A program made the position numbers and the translations under genes. Shown here in pieces: positions 1-15,284 of a stretch of DNA of 64,000 nt. How positions within the stretch are numbered: the first letter of the stretch is position 1; each line of letters begins with the position of its first letter. Below the pieces are notes generated by a model, which was given only the letters and a program-made list of their open reading frames with translations, was not told the origin of the DNA and did no database searches. Origin of the DNA: Owenia fusiformis (lineage: Eukaryota); assembly GCA_903813345.2 (NCBI GenBank), contig CAIIXF020000001.1, positions 44,020,001 through 44,084,000 of the forward strand, in the 5' to 3' direction.

Positions 1-2901
1 TAGGTGTGTGTACTTTGTCCAGTAGCACAAAGAAAACTTGTGGTTCCAGTTTAGACGTCATGTAATAGGCTTATAGTATCAATGCATATATTGCTATAAA
101 GAATGTCAATCAGCACTCTTATAGAGAGCATATTCCCAAACAATGTGACTGACACATATCCTGGCAGACAAAGCTTGTGAGAAAGACCCAGGCAATGGCC
201 CAATTCATAATGTACCAACAGCGATAACAAAGGGCCATCGCTTACAGTGAGCTACAGGCAAAGCAATACCTATATGAGCTACATATAGTTACAGTCAACC
301 AATCTACAGTATCATATTGCATGAAAAGTTACACCAAGATTTTTTCTTAAAGGCAAAAAATTCTTGTTTTTACGATTTGAAGTAACTTGGTCAAAATGCC
401 CATTTTTCCTCATTTTTCTCTTTTAATTAATTATGTGCGTAAGCAGTTTATACATGGATGCTAGCTTGTTTTCAATTAGATATAGCTTATAGGCAGAAAA
501 ATAGAATGTTGTGATATCGAGACTGAGTATTCTGATTTGATATAGCTAAATCAAAGAATTATTTCTGTACCAATTCATATTTCTGAAAACATGTTTTTTT
601 TTGTTAATATCTATGACAGGACATAAACACTCAAGTTGTCATAGTAACTTGCTAAGCAAATGTTATGACAACTGTCACATTACGAATCATCTATCTTGGC
701 TTCCCCTGTAAATTATCAATTTATGGTACAGTTATGAGCAATAATGTGAAATATTAATCCACAAAATCCTGAACAAATCTATACTGTGATGGTATCAAAT
801 GTATTGATTGGTCAGATTAGGACAGTCAGCAATAGCTCCAACTCTATATGACAATATTAATTTTAGTGACATGAGGTAAAATAGTTGGAAGAAAATATAT
901 TTATTTCAAATGGTTTGGTATGTTGATTTATGAATATTGAATTTAAATGGATTTCAAAATGAAACAATGAGGAAACACAGAGGGCAACATAGAAGAAAAC
1001 AAAATATAAAATGCTCTCAGGGTAGGAAAGAATAATTATGTACAGGTTTGATAAAATTTCCATGAACATGTATTCTGCTACTGCAAGTATTCTTATTTCC
1101 CATGTATAAGCTTTTATGTAACAAAATGTTAATAACTAAATGTTAAGAACGCTTTAAGCAACAGAGTCCATCTAGAAGTAGGTCTGTACCTTTAAATCTC
1201 CTCATTTTTTACCATGAGACAGTCTTCCTCACATTTTCACATGTATTATCAGATCGCCCTATTTATCAGCACAAATCAGAAAAATACACTATGTCACTAT
1301 TTCAATCACTACTTCAAACTTCAGACAAAGTCGTAACTTGGAAATGTGACATCATTACTGGCAAGAAACAACTTTTGGTATAAAGTAAACAATCATCCTA
1401 AGGTGGTTATAGATAAGTTCCAACAACTGAAACCTTGTGAAGATGGTTGGTAATGCTAACTGGGCTGCTGCCAGTAAAACGAAGACAGTCTCTATATACT
1501 GAGAGTGAATGACTTGCTCAGGTAGAATACCCCTTTCACAGAATACTACTGTATTATTATGCACATGTATCAGGCAAATAGCTTGGATAGGATGTAAACG
1601 AGGAACCTTCACCTTTCAAAGGAAACCCAGCCTGGGAATATCTGATAAAGGTGGATTAGGTTACATTTTCTTGGCATAAAGCATTGTTCACCCAAAGTAA
1701 CTATTAAGGCACTATGATACTCTTACTGGTGGCCCAATATATATAAATATATAGACAGACTGAGGCAGAAATCAGTAAACATTATTTCATGAAGGTGAAT
1801 TCATGACCACACCCTAATACATAGGTGTAAAACATGATCTTTGACATGACTGGGTTTTCTCTGTGTTTGCTTGCAGATTTTCCTCATAATATATATCACC
1901 TTGAAGTTATAATTGTACAAATGTTTAGCATAGGTGGTATAGGTCTGATTACTAGAGATCATTGAATAGTTTTGTTGATGCAATCTTAACAATCTCAAAT
2001 GAATCTTTTGTTGCAGTTTGTGAAATTATAGTTTTTCTGACTACACAATATATCCGATATATTTTATGACTGAATATAAACTAGATCAAATAATTATTTC
2101 TAATTTAAAGAATGTAGCGAAAGTTGAGCTCTAACAAATGGAGCTGATATACCTTGTAATTTGTTACAATCACAGAGTATAAATTGTTCTTATAAAATTC
2201 ATTCCTGGAATATTTTGTTATGATGAACTGAGAGAGCAATATCTAGCAAGAAAGCTTTATTGATCTGCAGTAACATGGTATCCTAACTTTCCACAATACA
2301 GTATGTCACTCTCTCTCTCTGGTTGTTTTTGTCACAAGGACTTTTGTGTTTTTCTCTGCAATAGAAGGGGGGAGGGTCTTGCGAGAAATTGTGTATGACA
2401 TTAGAGTTAGGTAAAATACATTGAATTTGGACCCTCCATCTAATAGCATTTCATATGACCGAATGATATCTATACTTTAACAGTATGGTTGCCTCATACA
2501 CTTTAGCAATACATGTAGTTCATAATTCACTAAAGAGGACAGTTTGACTTAACAAAATATGTAATTTCATTTCTACATATCAGATACACCTGACCCCTGA
2601 TCTAACCTCTAACCCAAACTGGTATCATCTATATCACCCAATAGAACCAAGCTTATCAAAAACAACAACTATCGCCTGCTCAGCTATTTACACTGAATTA
2701 AATTGGCAAGAAGCATGTTCAGATCATCTGAGCCCCTAAGAGGCTATTACTAATGTGATAAGAGTAAAGAAAATAATCCAATGAATTAATTATGAGTTAT
2801 CATGGGAATACCTTAATATGATAATTAAAATTATGATACAATTATAATTATTGCTGATCAAACTCTACCCTCAGTATATAAAGAAGCTGGTATGAACATC
2901 T

Positions 2902-2965
2902 TCTGAAATATTCACAAATTTTCTGGGAGCCTAAAAATCTTGCTAGAAAGGGTTATATTCTACAT
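2902..2965 (+). repeat. Short dispersed repeat (second copy ~5292-5353)
   Basis: CTGAAATATTCACAAATTT(T)CTGGGAGCCTAAAAA..TGC.AGAAA.GG.TATATTC.ACAT is present twice. Confidence 0.75.
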
Positions 2966-5639
2966 GAACTTCTTTTCAAACAATCAAAATCAATCAGTTG
3001 AAAATTGTAGAAAAGTTCTCCAAAGGAATAAAATAAACATTTAAGCTTGTATTATATATACCATCTTAGATCATTTTAATTATCATTATCAATTATTATT
3101 TGCCGTTATTTTGAACAAACATGTCACTTAAATGTGAAGTAGCAGTTGATTTCACTGTATACTTCAATACAGTGTGGTATTAAAAACCCCACGGCAAATT
3201 GAGAAGGGATACTTCTGGTGATAATTAAATGTGGTTTTCTAGTAAATATGGCTTTATAGTAGTGTAATGTAGTATTTTATGAAAGAGAAATGAGCATAAA
3301 AGTATATAAAGTAATGTATAGAACCATACCTATGTTTCAAATTATACTCTGATTTAGTGTCATTCCCCTGTGGGGGTTCAACTGGGCTTCTGACTATGTC
3401 ACATTTTTAAACAATTATGGGGAAAAAGGACAACTTCCTTGGATCAAATTTTTCAAACTCACGTTTAGACAATATTCAGATTAAAAAACAATCAAGGGAA
3501 CATATTATCAAAGGGCGGGAACTACTGACAGGCAGCCACAATAACATGTTAACAATCACATGGCACTGTGAACTGCTTAGCAGTCAACGAGGCTTGATAT
3601 ATTAACTGAAAGTGAAATACACTTTCCCAAACATATCTCTCTCTGTTGCTATTTTGACATGAGTCTATTAATATTAATTATATGGTCATAGGACATCAAT
3701 CAATTTGATATCTAAATACCATCTTGACATTCAAAACTAACACTTTTTCAATGAGTTTAGAACTTGTAACTGACTTTGATATAAACAAACAGTAAAACCT
3801 GAATATGTGAACACCTTTCTGAATTGATACTGCGAAATATGAACACTTTTTACTTCAACATTTCACATATCAAAATGATTCTCCCTCTTTGTATAAAAAC
3901 AAATCATTTTCTTCATGGCCACATGATTTCAAACTCTTTTATAATAGCAAAGCCACCAAATTTCCATCACCTTTTGCAACCACTTGTTCCAAGAATTCTA
4001 TGGAGAACCTAGAGTCTTGCACCATGTATGTATATTCTGATGAACTCCTTAATACCCAGAGGCTTATATATATTTTTCATTCGTTTGGTATGGCCAATAC
4101 CGATCATTTATCTAAGTGCTCATTTTCAGTAGACTGACATCTTTTAAGGTTTCATACATGTAATTTCATTCATGTAATTTTGTTCAACATGGAAAGTATA
4201 TATGGTTATAGCTACCACATTAGAAAAGAAATGGTCTGGCAAGGAATATCCCTTCAAGACAGATTAGAATTGAAAAGGGGACAGCTATTTCGATTTCAGC
4301 AGCATTTTTGAAAAAGATTCTTTCTTTGACAAATATTCTGTCTTAGGCAACAGCCATATTGCAAATTCTTTCACAAGCATCAGTAACCAAATCTCTCAAC
4401 CAGTATTTTAGTTATCACAAACAGATGGATAGCTTCTTTATATCACAACAAGTTTTGTTCAATGAGATAATAATGTCCCAATTAAGAACAATTTCCTGAT
4501 ACCAATATGAAATATCACAATACTGTAAAACATGATTTTGATATGTATATGAACAATATAGCTCCTAAGGGTGCGATAAAATATGCTTGAATCTTCAGTG
4601 ACCTGTCGATTGAAGTGTGACAATTTCATTCTGTGCAAAAGATAAAGTATATAGTATTGTTAATTCATCTCAATTAATTGAATATGGTATCCAAATATCT
4701 TGGGATAAAAAATTAAACCCCTTCTACCCCTTACCTCTCTATAATTAATTTTGAAATAGCAACTTTTTATTTACTTAATTTTTTCCAGAAAGCACTATTG
4801 CAATAAATTAAGAGGAATATTGACATCAGTTGATGAGGCAGGTACAACATGTTAAATCTTGTTTGAACCGGACATATTGGTGATGTCAGACATCATATTC
4901 CATCTGTCACGTATTGTTGTTCACTGGAGGTCATATTGGTCCTATGTACTTTGATTATCCCATTATTTCATACCTTGATTGTTTTGAACATGTCCAACAA
5001 TAAACAGCATGAATTTAAAATTGAACATAATGAGGTCAATAGCGCCTAACAATGAACAAAACTCCAGTAACTAAGACAAATCAACTTTATATTTTATGAA
5101 ACCGCTATAATATTATTTGATGCTAGCTTATCATGTCAACTAAATACAGGGGCAGATCTGAACAATGGAGATGTAATAGTTTATTTTACTTGGATCCTTT
5201 GTTCAAAATTCAAAATTTGGAAAAGGCCTATTTTTCTTATTTACGACCTATTTCTTCTGAGGCCCTAATAAGGCATAATTTTTCAGCAGTACTGAAATAT
5301 TCACAAATTTCTGGGAGCCTAAAAACCCTGCCAGAAAAGGATATATTCCACATTCATTTCCATCTTGAACAACTCTCAACCTTAAAAGTACTATCTTATC
5401 TGATGCTCTATATGGAATCAACAGTTGTGTTGCCATATAAACGCTTATAAACACAAGGTTCTCCAATAATTGCCATATAAATACATTATCTGTAATATTA
5501 TCATTCGGTGCAAATTACATTTTATATTAGAAATAGGAAAATGTTTAATTGTACTTTAACAAATACTACACTGTAGATAAAGATCTTATGTCCATACATT
5601 ATTACAGTTTAAATATATCATCATGATAATAGCATAATA

Positions 5640-5841
5640 TACAGTAAATCCTGCCAAAAATGAACACCAGTGGAGCCTGCTAAAAGTGTTCATGTTGAGA
5701 GGTGTTCACATAAAGAAGTTCTCAAACTTCTCATTTAAAATAGGTCAATAAGATATCTACATTATGAAACTGAAAAAGTACTCATATTTGAAGAAGTTTG
5801 ACCTATTAGGGTATGTTTTTAACATACAGGTTTTACTTTAT
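5640..5841. mobile_element. Degenerate Tc1/mariner-pogo-type MITE remnant
   Basis: Ends TACAGTAAATCCTG ... CAGGTTTTACTTTA. The internal GTGTTCA..AGAGGTGTT motif is also seen at ~13415-13461, which ends TTTTACTGTA. Confidence 0.45.
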
Positions 5842-6314
5842 ATGCTTAATAGGGGGTCCCCAGGAGAGCAAAAGGTATAGTGAGTGCCTTATTCACATTT
5901 CTAATTGTAAGCACTGAACATATGAATAATTGAAGGTATTGATTGTCAGTATATGTGTTTTACTGAGACAAAGTTAAATGCTCCAAGCTAGTCAATGAAT
6001 GGAATAGAAAGTATAAAACTTTTCATTCTGTATATCCTATTGCATTATACTATTGTGAATATATTAAGCCAGACTCACAAATGTGTTTGAATGTTATTGA
6101 ACATATATTTTGGAGAATTGTATTGTATAAATGTCAGTTTTAGAAATATGCTGAACTCAAATTCTACAAACATGAAGATTAATATGAGGTAAAACAATTT
6201 TCAGGTGCTAAAGTCCAGAAGTTTATAGAGTGACTTTCATATTTATATCCTGTTATGAGCAAATGAGAGGTGAAAGGAATGACTAGTTCTGCACTGACAA
6301 AAGGTTAATTCGTC

Positions 6315-6860
6315 CTGGCAAAAGAATGACCGGTTCTGGCAATAGAATAATAATTAGCACTGCAAATAGAATGATCAGTCCTGGTAACAGAATGATCAGT
6401 CCTGGTAACAGAATGATAAGCCCTGGCAATAAAATGATTACCTCTAGCAACAGCATGATTAGCACTGGCAAAAAAGAATAATTAGCACTGGCAATAGAAT
6501 AACAATTAGCCCCGGTAATATAATGTGGAAATACAAGAATAATTAGCACTGGCAATGGAAACATTAGCCCAATAGGATGATTAGCATTGGCAATAGAATA
6601 ATTGGCTCTGGTAATATAATGTGGAAATACAAGAATAATTAGCACTGGCAATAGAAACATTAGCCAAATCTGATGATTAGCACTGGCAAAAAAGAACAAT
6701 TAGCACTGGCAATAGAATAATTAGCTCTGGTAATATAATGTGGAAATACAAGAATAATTAGGACTGGCAATAGAAACATTGGCCCAATTGGATGATTAGC
6801 ACTGGCAACAGAATAATAATTTACCCTGTTAATATGATAATAACTAGTCCTGATAATATA
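6315..6860. repeat. Degenerate ~21-bp minisatellite with ~96-119-bp higher-order blocks
   Basis: Units like TTAGCACTGGCAATAGAATAA / ATCAGTCCTGGTAACAGAATG. The block GTAATATAATGTGGAAATACAAGAATAATTAG recurs at 6515, 6611 and 6730. Confidence 0.9.
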
Positions 6861-9445
6861 TACAGTAGTATGTAGTGATTAACAAAGGCAGCAAAAACCT
6901 TAAAATGGCCCTAGCAAAAAAATAAAAATTCCTTGATAGATCAAAAAATCTAAATCTAAAATGCTTTTTTATATTCAATTTGTTTTACTTTATTTCCAGG
7001 CTGAGATGACCATTGCTCAAACAAGAGGACCATCAATCCCACAATGCAGCATGTGATAACAACATTTTACTGAAGAACAGTTCTTTATTAATGAAATCTA
7101 TTTGACAATAATTATAGTTGCATTGTTGCAATATTATTTTCTAATAAAAACAGATCTCAAACAACATTTATAAAAGTTAAAAAAGTGAATTTCCATTTGT
7201 GCAAATCAGTTTAAGTGATCCAAGTGACCAAATTACTACAACAACCATAGTAACAGTTGCCGTAACAACATATATTTGAAACTACTATACATACATAGTG
7301 AAAGGCTATGATGCAAGGTGCTTGTTTATGTCGAAATATGAGATGAACTGTTGAACCACAAGTACTAGAAAGTCTCCCATCAAAATTATTGATATTTTTG
7401 TTATTTTTCAGTTTTCCATTTGAGGAACTGAAAAGCCATGGTATTAACATGACTATTTGAACATATCTTTTAACATAGAACAGTTTTGCAAGATTTTCAA
7501 TGTTAGTTATTCCAAGAATTATATCCAGCAAGATCTTGATATGTTCAAATTCTGGTCATATATAGAATATAATAAAATACCTCACATCTTTATCCCCAAA
7601 AAATATTTACAAACATTTTGATAGTTTTGTTAATTAGTCTACTATATAGTTTAGCTTTTTGATGTCATTTGGGTGATCTTCTAAAACAATTTAGCCTGAC
7701 ACCATCTAGTCCTAACTTTCAATATTATATCAAAATCTGTATCATCAACCTCTCTAAAATCAATACCTACTACAGTTTATTCGACCAATCAGAATGAAGA
7801 TAAACAGTATATATAGTTCTTGAGTGCATACACAAGAGGCTCACAATGGGGGCTGAAAAGATCAGTAAATATAGATGGTGTTAGCAGTGCTATATACAGG
7901 AAAGCATGATTGTAGGGAATTCCCTCTGAATGTAATACCAGATATACCAATAGCTACTACGATGCGATAGCCTTCAATATTCTGACCAACCTTTGAAATC
8001 TGCAATGTCTATTGTAACTAGTAAATCTTAAATCTGGCCTTTATGTTTCTGAACCACAAAAATCACAGAAAATTAGAAATGATCTGATACAACGGAATTT
8101 AAGATACTGGTTGAAAAAATTGCTATACCTGCACATGTTATTCTCTGATGAAAAATAAAGTATGAAGGCATTTGTGTATTTTCTTGCTTTTTTCAGGAAA
8201 GCATCATTACATTGTCTTCTTTTAGTAAACCTGGTCAATGGTAACTCCAGGAAATGCTGATATTTCTTGCTTTTCAATTTTCCAAATTTTTCTCAAATTT
8301 TCTGGCCAACACATACGAAATTTGACAGAAGTCTATTATGATCTAAATAAAAAGTAACTGGAAAGGGCACAAACATCCTATTTTCGGGATGTGGGCTTTT
8401 CTATAATAATTCGAAGGCTTCTAATTAATTTTAATCGTAAGCAGCTATGTCTTTGCAAAAAGAGATCTAGGGAAGAGTTTTTCTGTCAACTGACTATTAT
8501 AGATCATCATTAATATGACATCTGTCACAGAGTGATTTCATTTGAATTAATAATTCTAATGAAAATGTCATTTAGATTTTCATTTGAATGAAAAGATAAG
8601 ACTTACTTACACCCTGTCCCAAATTGTTTAGAATTCACCAACATTACCAGCTACTATTACCCTCCGGGAACAGAACCAACAAGTATTACTTCATGTATCT
8701 TCTGCCTCCTCACTACTCCAACATGTGACACCCTTTCAAATATTTTGATTTCAATTATTTAAAGTAAGCCTGTAACTACACTCTTTCAGTCAAAGATAAC
8801 CCTTTGATTTAGCCCTATACAATAAGAAAACTGAGAGTTGGTTGATCAAAAGGGGAGGGGGTCGAAATAGCTAGATGCCCAATTAAACTGAATAGGTATG
8901 ACATTGACATACCATAACTGGAACATCTGCAAATGAAACACGCCAGACAAAGAGGAACAAGATACGGAAAACAACAAATTCACCTGTTTGATCTATTACA
9001 AAAATAATCTTATTATTCATGTTTGTATGCAGATGATAAATGGTCAAACCAGAAGCCAGCCTAATTAACTGTATCTCACATGGATATCATATGACCAATC
9101 CATCAGTTATCACCAACTACAGATGACCAATCTATAAGTTAGGTAAATCAATCATTGGTAATAAAAAAGTATTTTAAATTATCTATATCACTTATTTTAA
9201 TATGATATGTGATGTTACAATAACTAGAGCAATTGATTTACTGGTTTATAGTAGAGTATGTATGACCAATAAATTTCATAAATGTAAATACTTGTTTTGT
9301 TTGTTTATCATATTAGAACTAAGACATCGAATTTATGATTTATGGCAAATATACGGCCTCGTATCTTATTCTGGTAATTGCCAAAGGCCTCAACCTCTAC
9401 AATATTTCTGTCTTTAAAACAATGAACAGAATAAAAATCTTTACA

Positions 9446-12400
9446 AACTACAGATGACCAATCCATCAGTTATTATCAACTACAGATGACCAATTCATCA
9501 GTTATTACCAACTACAGATAACCAATCTTTCAGTTATCACCAACTACAGATGACCAATCTATCAGTTATCAGCAACTACAGATGACCAATCCATCAGCTA
9601 TCACCAACTACAGATGATCAATCCATCAGCTATTACCAACTACAGATGACGAATCTCACAGTTACTACCAACTTCAGATGACCCATCCATCAGATATCAC
9701 CAACTACAGATGACCATTCTATCAGTTATCACCAACTACAGATGACAAATCTATCAGTTATCACCAACTACAGATGACCAATCCATCATTTATTACCAAC
9801 TGCAGATGACAAATCTATCAGTTATCACCAACTACAGATGACCAATCCATCAGTTATCACCAAATACAGATGACCAATCCATCAGCTATCACCAACTACA
9901 GATGACCAATCTATCAGTTATCACCAACTACACATGACCAATCCATCATTTAACACCAACTATAGATGACCAATCCATCAGTTATCACCAACTAGAGATG
10001 ACCAATCCATCAGTTATCACCAAATACAGATGACCAATCCATCAGCTATCACCAACTACAGATGACCAATCTATCAGTTATCACCAACTACACATGACCA
10101 ATCCATCATTTAACACCAACTATAGATGACCAATCCATCAGTTATCACCAACTAGAGATGACCAATCCATCAGTTATCACCAACTATAGATGACCAATCC
10201 ATCAGTTATCACCAACTAGAGATGACCAATCCATCATTTAACACCAACTATAGATGACCAATCCATCAGTTATCACCAACTAGAGATGACCAATCCATCA
10301 GTTATCACCAAATACAGATGACCAATCCATCAGCTATCATCAACTACAGATGGCCAATCCATCAGCTATCACCAACTACAGATGACTAATCTATCAGTTA
10401 TTACCAACTTGAGATGACCAATCTATCAGTTATTACCAACTTGAGATGACCAATCCATCAGATATTACCAACTTGAGATGACCAATCCATCAGCTATTAT
10501 CAACTACAGATGACGAATCCCACAGTTACTACCAACTTCAGATGACCAATCCATCAGTTATCGCCAACTACAGATGACCAATCCATCAGCTATCGCCAAC
10601 TACAGATGACCAATTTATCAGTTATCACCAACTACAGATGACAAATCTATCAGTTATCACCAACTACAGATGACCAATTCATCAGTTGTTACCAACTACA
10701 GATGACCAATCCATCAGTTATCACCAAATACAGATGACCAATCCATCATTTATTACCAACTACAGATGACGAATCTCACAGTTACTACCAACTTCAGATG
10801 ACCCATCCATCAGATATCACCAACTACAGATGACCATTCTATCAGTTATCACCAACTACAGATGACAAATCTATCAGTTATCACCAACTACAGATGACCA
10901 ATTCATCAGTTGTTACCAACTACAGATGACCAATCCATCAGTTATCACCAAATACAGATGACCAATCCATCAGTTATCACCAACTACAGATGACGAATCT
11001 CACAGTTACTACCAACTTCAGATGACCCATCCATCAGATATCACCAACTACAGATGACCATTCTATCAGTTATCACCAACTACAGATGACAAATCTATCA
11101 GTTATCACCAACTACAGATGACCAATTCATCCGTTGTTACCAACTACAGATGACCAATCCATCAGTTATTACCAACTGCAGATGACAAATCTATCAGTTA
11201 TCACCAACTACAGATGACCAATCCATCATTTATTACCAACTGCAGATGACAAATCTATCAGTTATCACCAACTACAGATGACCAATTCATCAGTTATTAC
11301 CAACTGCAGATGACCAATCTATCAGTTATCACCAACTACAGATGACCAATCTATCAGTTATCACCAACTACAGATGACCAATCCATCAGTTACTACCAAC
11401 TTCAGATGACCAATCCATCAGATATCACCAACTACAGATGACCAATCCATCAGTTGTTATCAACTACAGATGTCCAATCTATCAGTTATTATCAACTACA
11501 GATGACCAATCCATCAATTATTCCAACTACAGATGACGAATCTCTCAGTTGATTCCAACTACAGATGACCAATCCATCAGTTATCACCAACTACAGATGA
11601 CCAATCCATCAGTTATCACCAACAAGAGATGACCAATCCATCAGTTATCACCAACTACAGATGACCAATCCATCATTTATTACCAACTACAGATGAGGAA
11701 TCCATCATTTAACACCAACTACAGATGACGAATCTCACAGTTACTACCAACTAAAGATGACCAATACATCAGTTATCATCAACTACAGATGACAAATCTA
11801 TCAGTTATCACCAACTAGAGGTGACCAATCCATCAGTTGTTATCAACTACAGATGTCCAATCTATCAGTTATTACCAACTACAGATGACCAATCCATCAG
11901 TTGTTACCAACTACAGATGACCAATCCATCAGTTATTATCAACTAAAGATGACCTATCCATCAGTTGTTACCAACTATAGATGTCCAATCTATCAGTTAT
12001 TACAGACTACAGATGACCAATCCATCAGTTGTTATCAACTAAAGATGACCAATCCATCAGTTATCATCAACTACAGATGACAAATCTATCAGTTATCATC
12101 AACTACAGATGACCAATCCATCAGTTATTACCAACTACAGATGACCAATCCATCATTTTTACCAACTACAGATGACCAATCCATCAGTTATCACCAACTA
12201 CAGATGACCAATCCATCAGTTGCTATCAACTACAGATGACCAATCCATCAGTTATCACCAACTACAGATGACCAATCCATCAGTTATCACCAACTACAGA
12301 TGACAAATCTATCAGTTATCACCAACTACAGATGACCAATCCATCAGTTATTACCAACTACAGATGACCAATCCATCGTTTTTACCAATTACAGATGACA

Positions 12401-12541
12401 AATCCATCAGTTATCACCAACTACAGATGACCAATCCATCAGTTATTACCAACTTCAGATGACCAATCCATCGTTTTTACCAACTACAGATGACCAATTC
12501 ATCAGTTATTACCAACTACAGATGACCAACCAGTCAGTTAC
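9446..12541. repeat. 32-bp minisatellite/satellite array (~95-97 copies)
   Basis: Consensus ACCAACTACAGATGACCAATCCATCAGTTATC with a 32-bp period (e.g. 9541 to 9573). About 1.5 orphan units lie at 9090-9140. Confidence 0.98.
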
Positions 12542-12820
12542 TTCCTATATACTCCTCTTCTGTTCTATGATCAAAATATTCCAAAATCCTTCTGAATTTC
12601 TAAATAACACACTTTGCAAGATCAGCAGATAACATATTGCACAGGGGGTCATTAACAGAACCTTGACAAAGTTAATAATTCCGTTTGCTCTATTGTACTT
12701 TTACTATGACATCAGTATATCCATGGTTACATCAAATGATTCAGAAACTCATAACTTTGTGAAGAATCTGTTAATGACCCCCTTGGATATGTATATTTGA
12801 ATAAAATAAAATGTACTTAC

Positions 12821-12865
12821 TGGATGTGCTATTCCATTGACTCCGAACCCTGAATTTACAAAACC
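12821..12865 (-). other. Candidate 45-nt exon of the minus-strand transcript (GFVNSGFGVNGIAHP if phase 0)
   Basis: Very strong acceptor tttcttatttctgttttcag| and donor CCA|gtaagta. Length is a multiple of 3 and the frame is open. Confidence 0.5.
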
Positions 12866-15284
12866 CTGAAAACAGAAATAAGAAACATTAATTCTTAAGC
12901 TCAAAGCCTAATAAATATAGGTGTTTTGTTAAATGCTGATTAAAGTTCATAAACATTTCTACTGCCACTTTAAACATTGTAAATGACATTTAACATGCAA
13001 TTTATAGGTAGATTAAAAACTATATGGAGGATGTTTAGCATATATCTTAGAGGAAGAGATAATACTGGTCAAACCCCAGTTGACCAACATGTATCAAACA
13101 AACAATTTTTCAAATTGTAATAAATACTACAATATAGTACAACATGTCCCATATCTGGGTCAAGTCATTTAAAAAAATCATTAACGAGGTACAGTATTTA
13201 TACTGTTTCACCTTGAAAGTGATTATAACTGTCAACAACTTTCAGGTAAATAAACAACTTGGAGTACTAATGTATATTATATTGATCAGTCAATCATATC
13301 TTAACCAAAAGCTTGTCTCAAATGGATGATGCTGGAATTAGCAAAGATTTCTCTGCAACAATAGGTATTCCCATTTTAGCAACCAAAAGTATAGAACTGA
13401 AAAGTCTCCATGTTAAAGGTGTTCACTTTAGAGGTGTTTGCATGATACAGTTTTACTGTATAACTACTTAACATTAGTCAGCATGGAACCAAATCACATA
13501 TTATTAGTTATTAACAGTAGTACTACGACATTAAAAATATTAACCAAGAGTCATACAACAAACCACAAAACCAAAGTGGAGTGTGACCCAATTTATATAT
13601 CCTGTTTAATTCAAAAAAGACAAATTTCTGTATTCAAATTGCTGAGTTAAATCAGTACCACCCACTCAAATATATCCCTCAACACCCTTTTTCAGTCAGC
13701 AATGGTGCTGTTGTGAGCAGCAGAAATTGATGAAGTAACCATGGTAACTATTAGGTATATGGATCAGTGTAGTGATCATCATTAGATGCTTGTTCCAATA
13801 AAAAATCTGTCAGACACTAGTCTGACACTAAAGAAATTGACAAGACACAATGATTAAAAAAAAAAATGCATGCATTTTAAATGAACATCTTATTTTACAT
13901 AATGTGGGCAGTGCCAGATCATATCTACAGAATATAAGAATACTATGTTATTTTCCAACCGAAAAAAGGCAGATGTCAAATCTCTGCATTAGACTCAAAC
14001 TGTCCCCTTCCCCTACTTCTTTGATGGGATATGACAAAGGATTTGATATTTAGAGAGTATAATAATGCACAGTGATTACTATTTCATTTTAAGACCACAC
14101 TTGTTTATACTTGTTTACATTTTAAAAGACCACAAATCAATGAAAAACATATTAAATTCTACTTAAGTCCTCTCTATTTGAAACTTAGCAGATTAATGCA
14201 ATGTTTTACTATGAAAAAACAGTGTTTATCTTCGGGGAAAACCAACAGACAAGTGACTGAAGTGAGCCTGTCTTATTAGTTACTTTTGGGCAATGATTGG
14301 GGCCATAGGTTAAGTAGGTGTGTAAACCCATAATAATCGGACCCATTAAACAGTGACCCTGGCCCTATATACTGCCACTTGCCTATACCTGGTAAACGAC
14401 TCTGGATTTTATGCAAACAAACACTACAGATCAATAACCAGTTAGATATTAACTTTTAGAATTACAATGTACAACATATCTTTATACTGTGGTGGTAGTA
14501 TTAGATTCGTATAAAAAACCTTCGCAGTACACTGTCAATATGTAACTTTGTATTTAGTAAACACAGGGTGGGGTTAAAGATGGTGGGGTTGTATCACTTA
14601 TACTGTCTGTTCTAAATAAACTTGAATAATGTACTATAGTATATGGAAAGACAGTTACATGAAATTCCTTGGCTCGCTCTTATTGCAGTACCTACAATAT
14701 TGATTTTGGCTATTTTCTATGGAAAACAAATATATTTCAGTTACGTATCTAGATAATATATAATCAAATATATACATTATATACTTTGGAAAAATCATAA
14801 ATGATGCTACAACAACATTTACATCACTAGGGCAACCACATCCTGTTATGCTGCTTTAGTGTTATAATTTAGTCATTGCCCCTCACTAAAATTTATTTTT
14901 TGTTTATATCTAATGTAAGGTAATTCTTATATCCCACACAAAGTTCTAAACAAAATGTTCCCCATTATCCAGTGGGAGTCTTCTAATTAAAAAAAACAAT
15001 ATTTGATAAAAAAATATAACAAAAGCTAAATAAAAACTTAGTTTAAAAATGAAAATATTTTTTGTTTGTTATAAATCTACAAAAGTATAAAAAGTATAAT
15101 ACAACTCAAATGAGAAATGTGACAAAAGTGACAATACACTGCATGAAAAATACAATACATTGTATGAAATAACATTGTATGAAATATACAATAGATTATA
15201 CATTGTATGCAATCTATTATAGTATGGTTAAAAGATATTCTGGAACCAAGAAACCCTGCTTGTAAAAGGATACCAGATTATCAG

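Noticed and set aside
1355..1612. 85-aa ORF in a slightly GC-richer patch
   Set aside because: No recognisable motif, and no convincing splice-site pair on either strand.
6283..6699. 138-aa hydrophobic minus-strand ORF (LLPGLII repeats)
   Set aside because: It is the translation of the 21-bp minisatellite; it has a non-ATG start and no splice or homology support.
7036..7050. Isolated TCCCACAATGCA ZNF143-like site
   Set aside because: Single hit with no CpG enrichment or accompanying promoter motifs.
9446..12541. CRISPR array (32-bp repeats)
   Set aside because: Units are directly head-to-tail with no unique spacers, there are no cas genes, and the context is eukaryotic.
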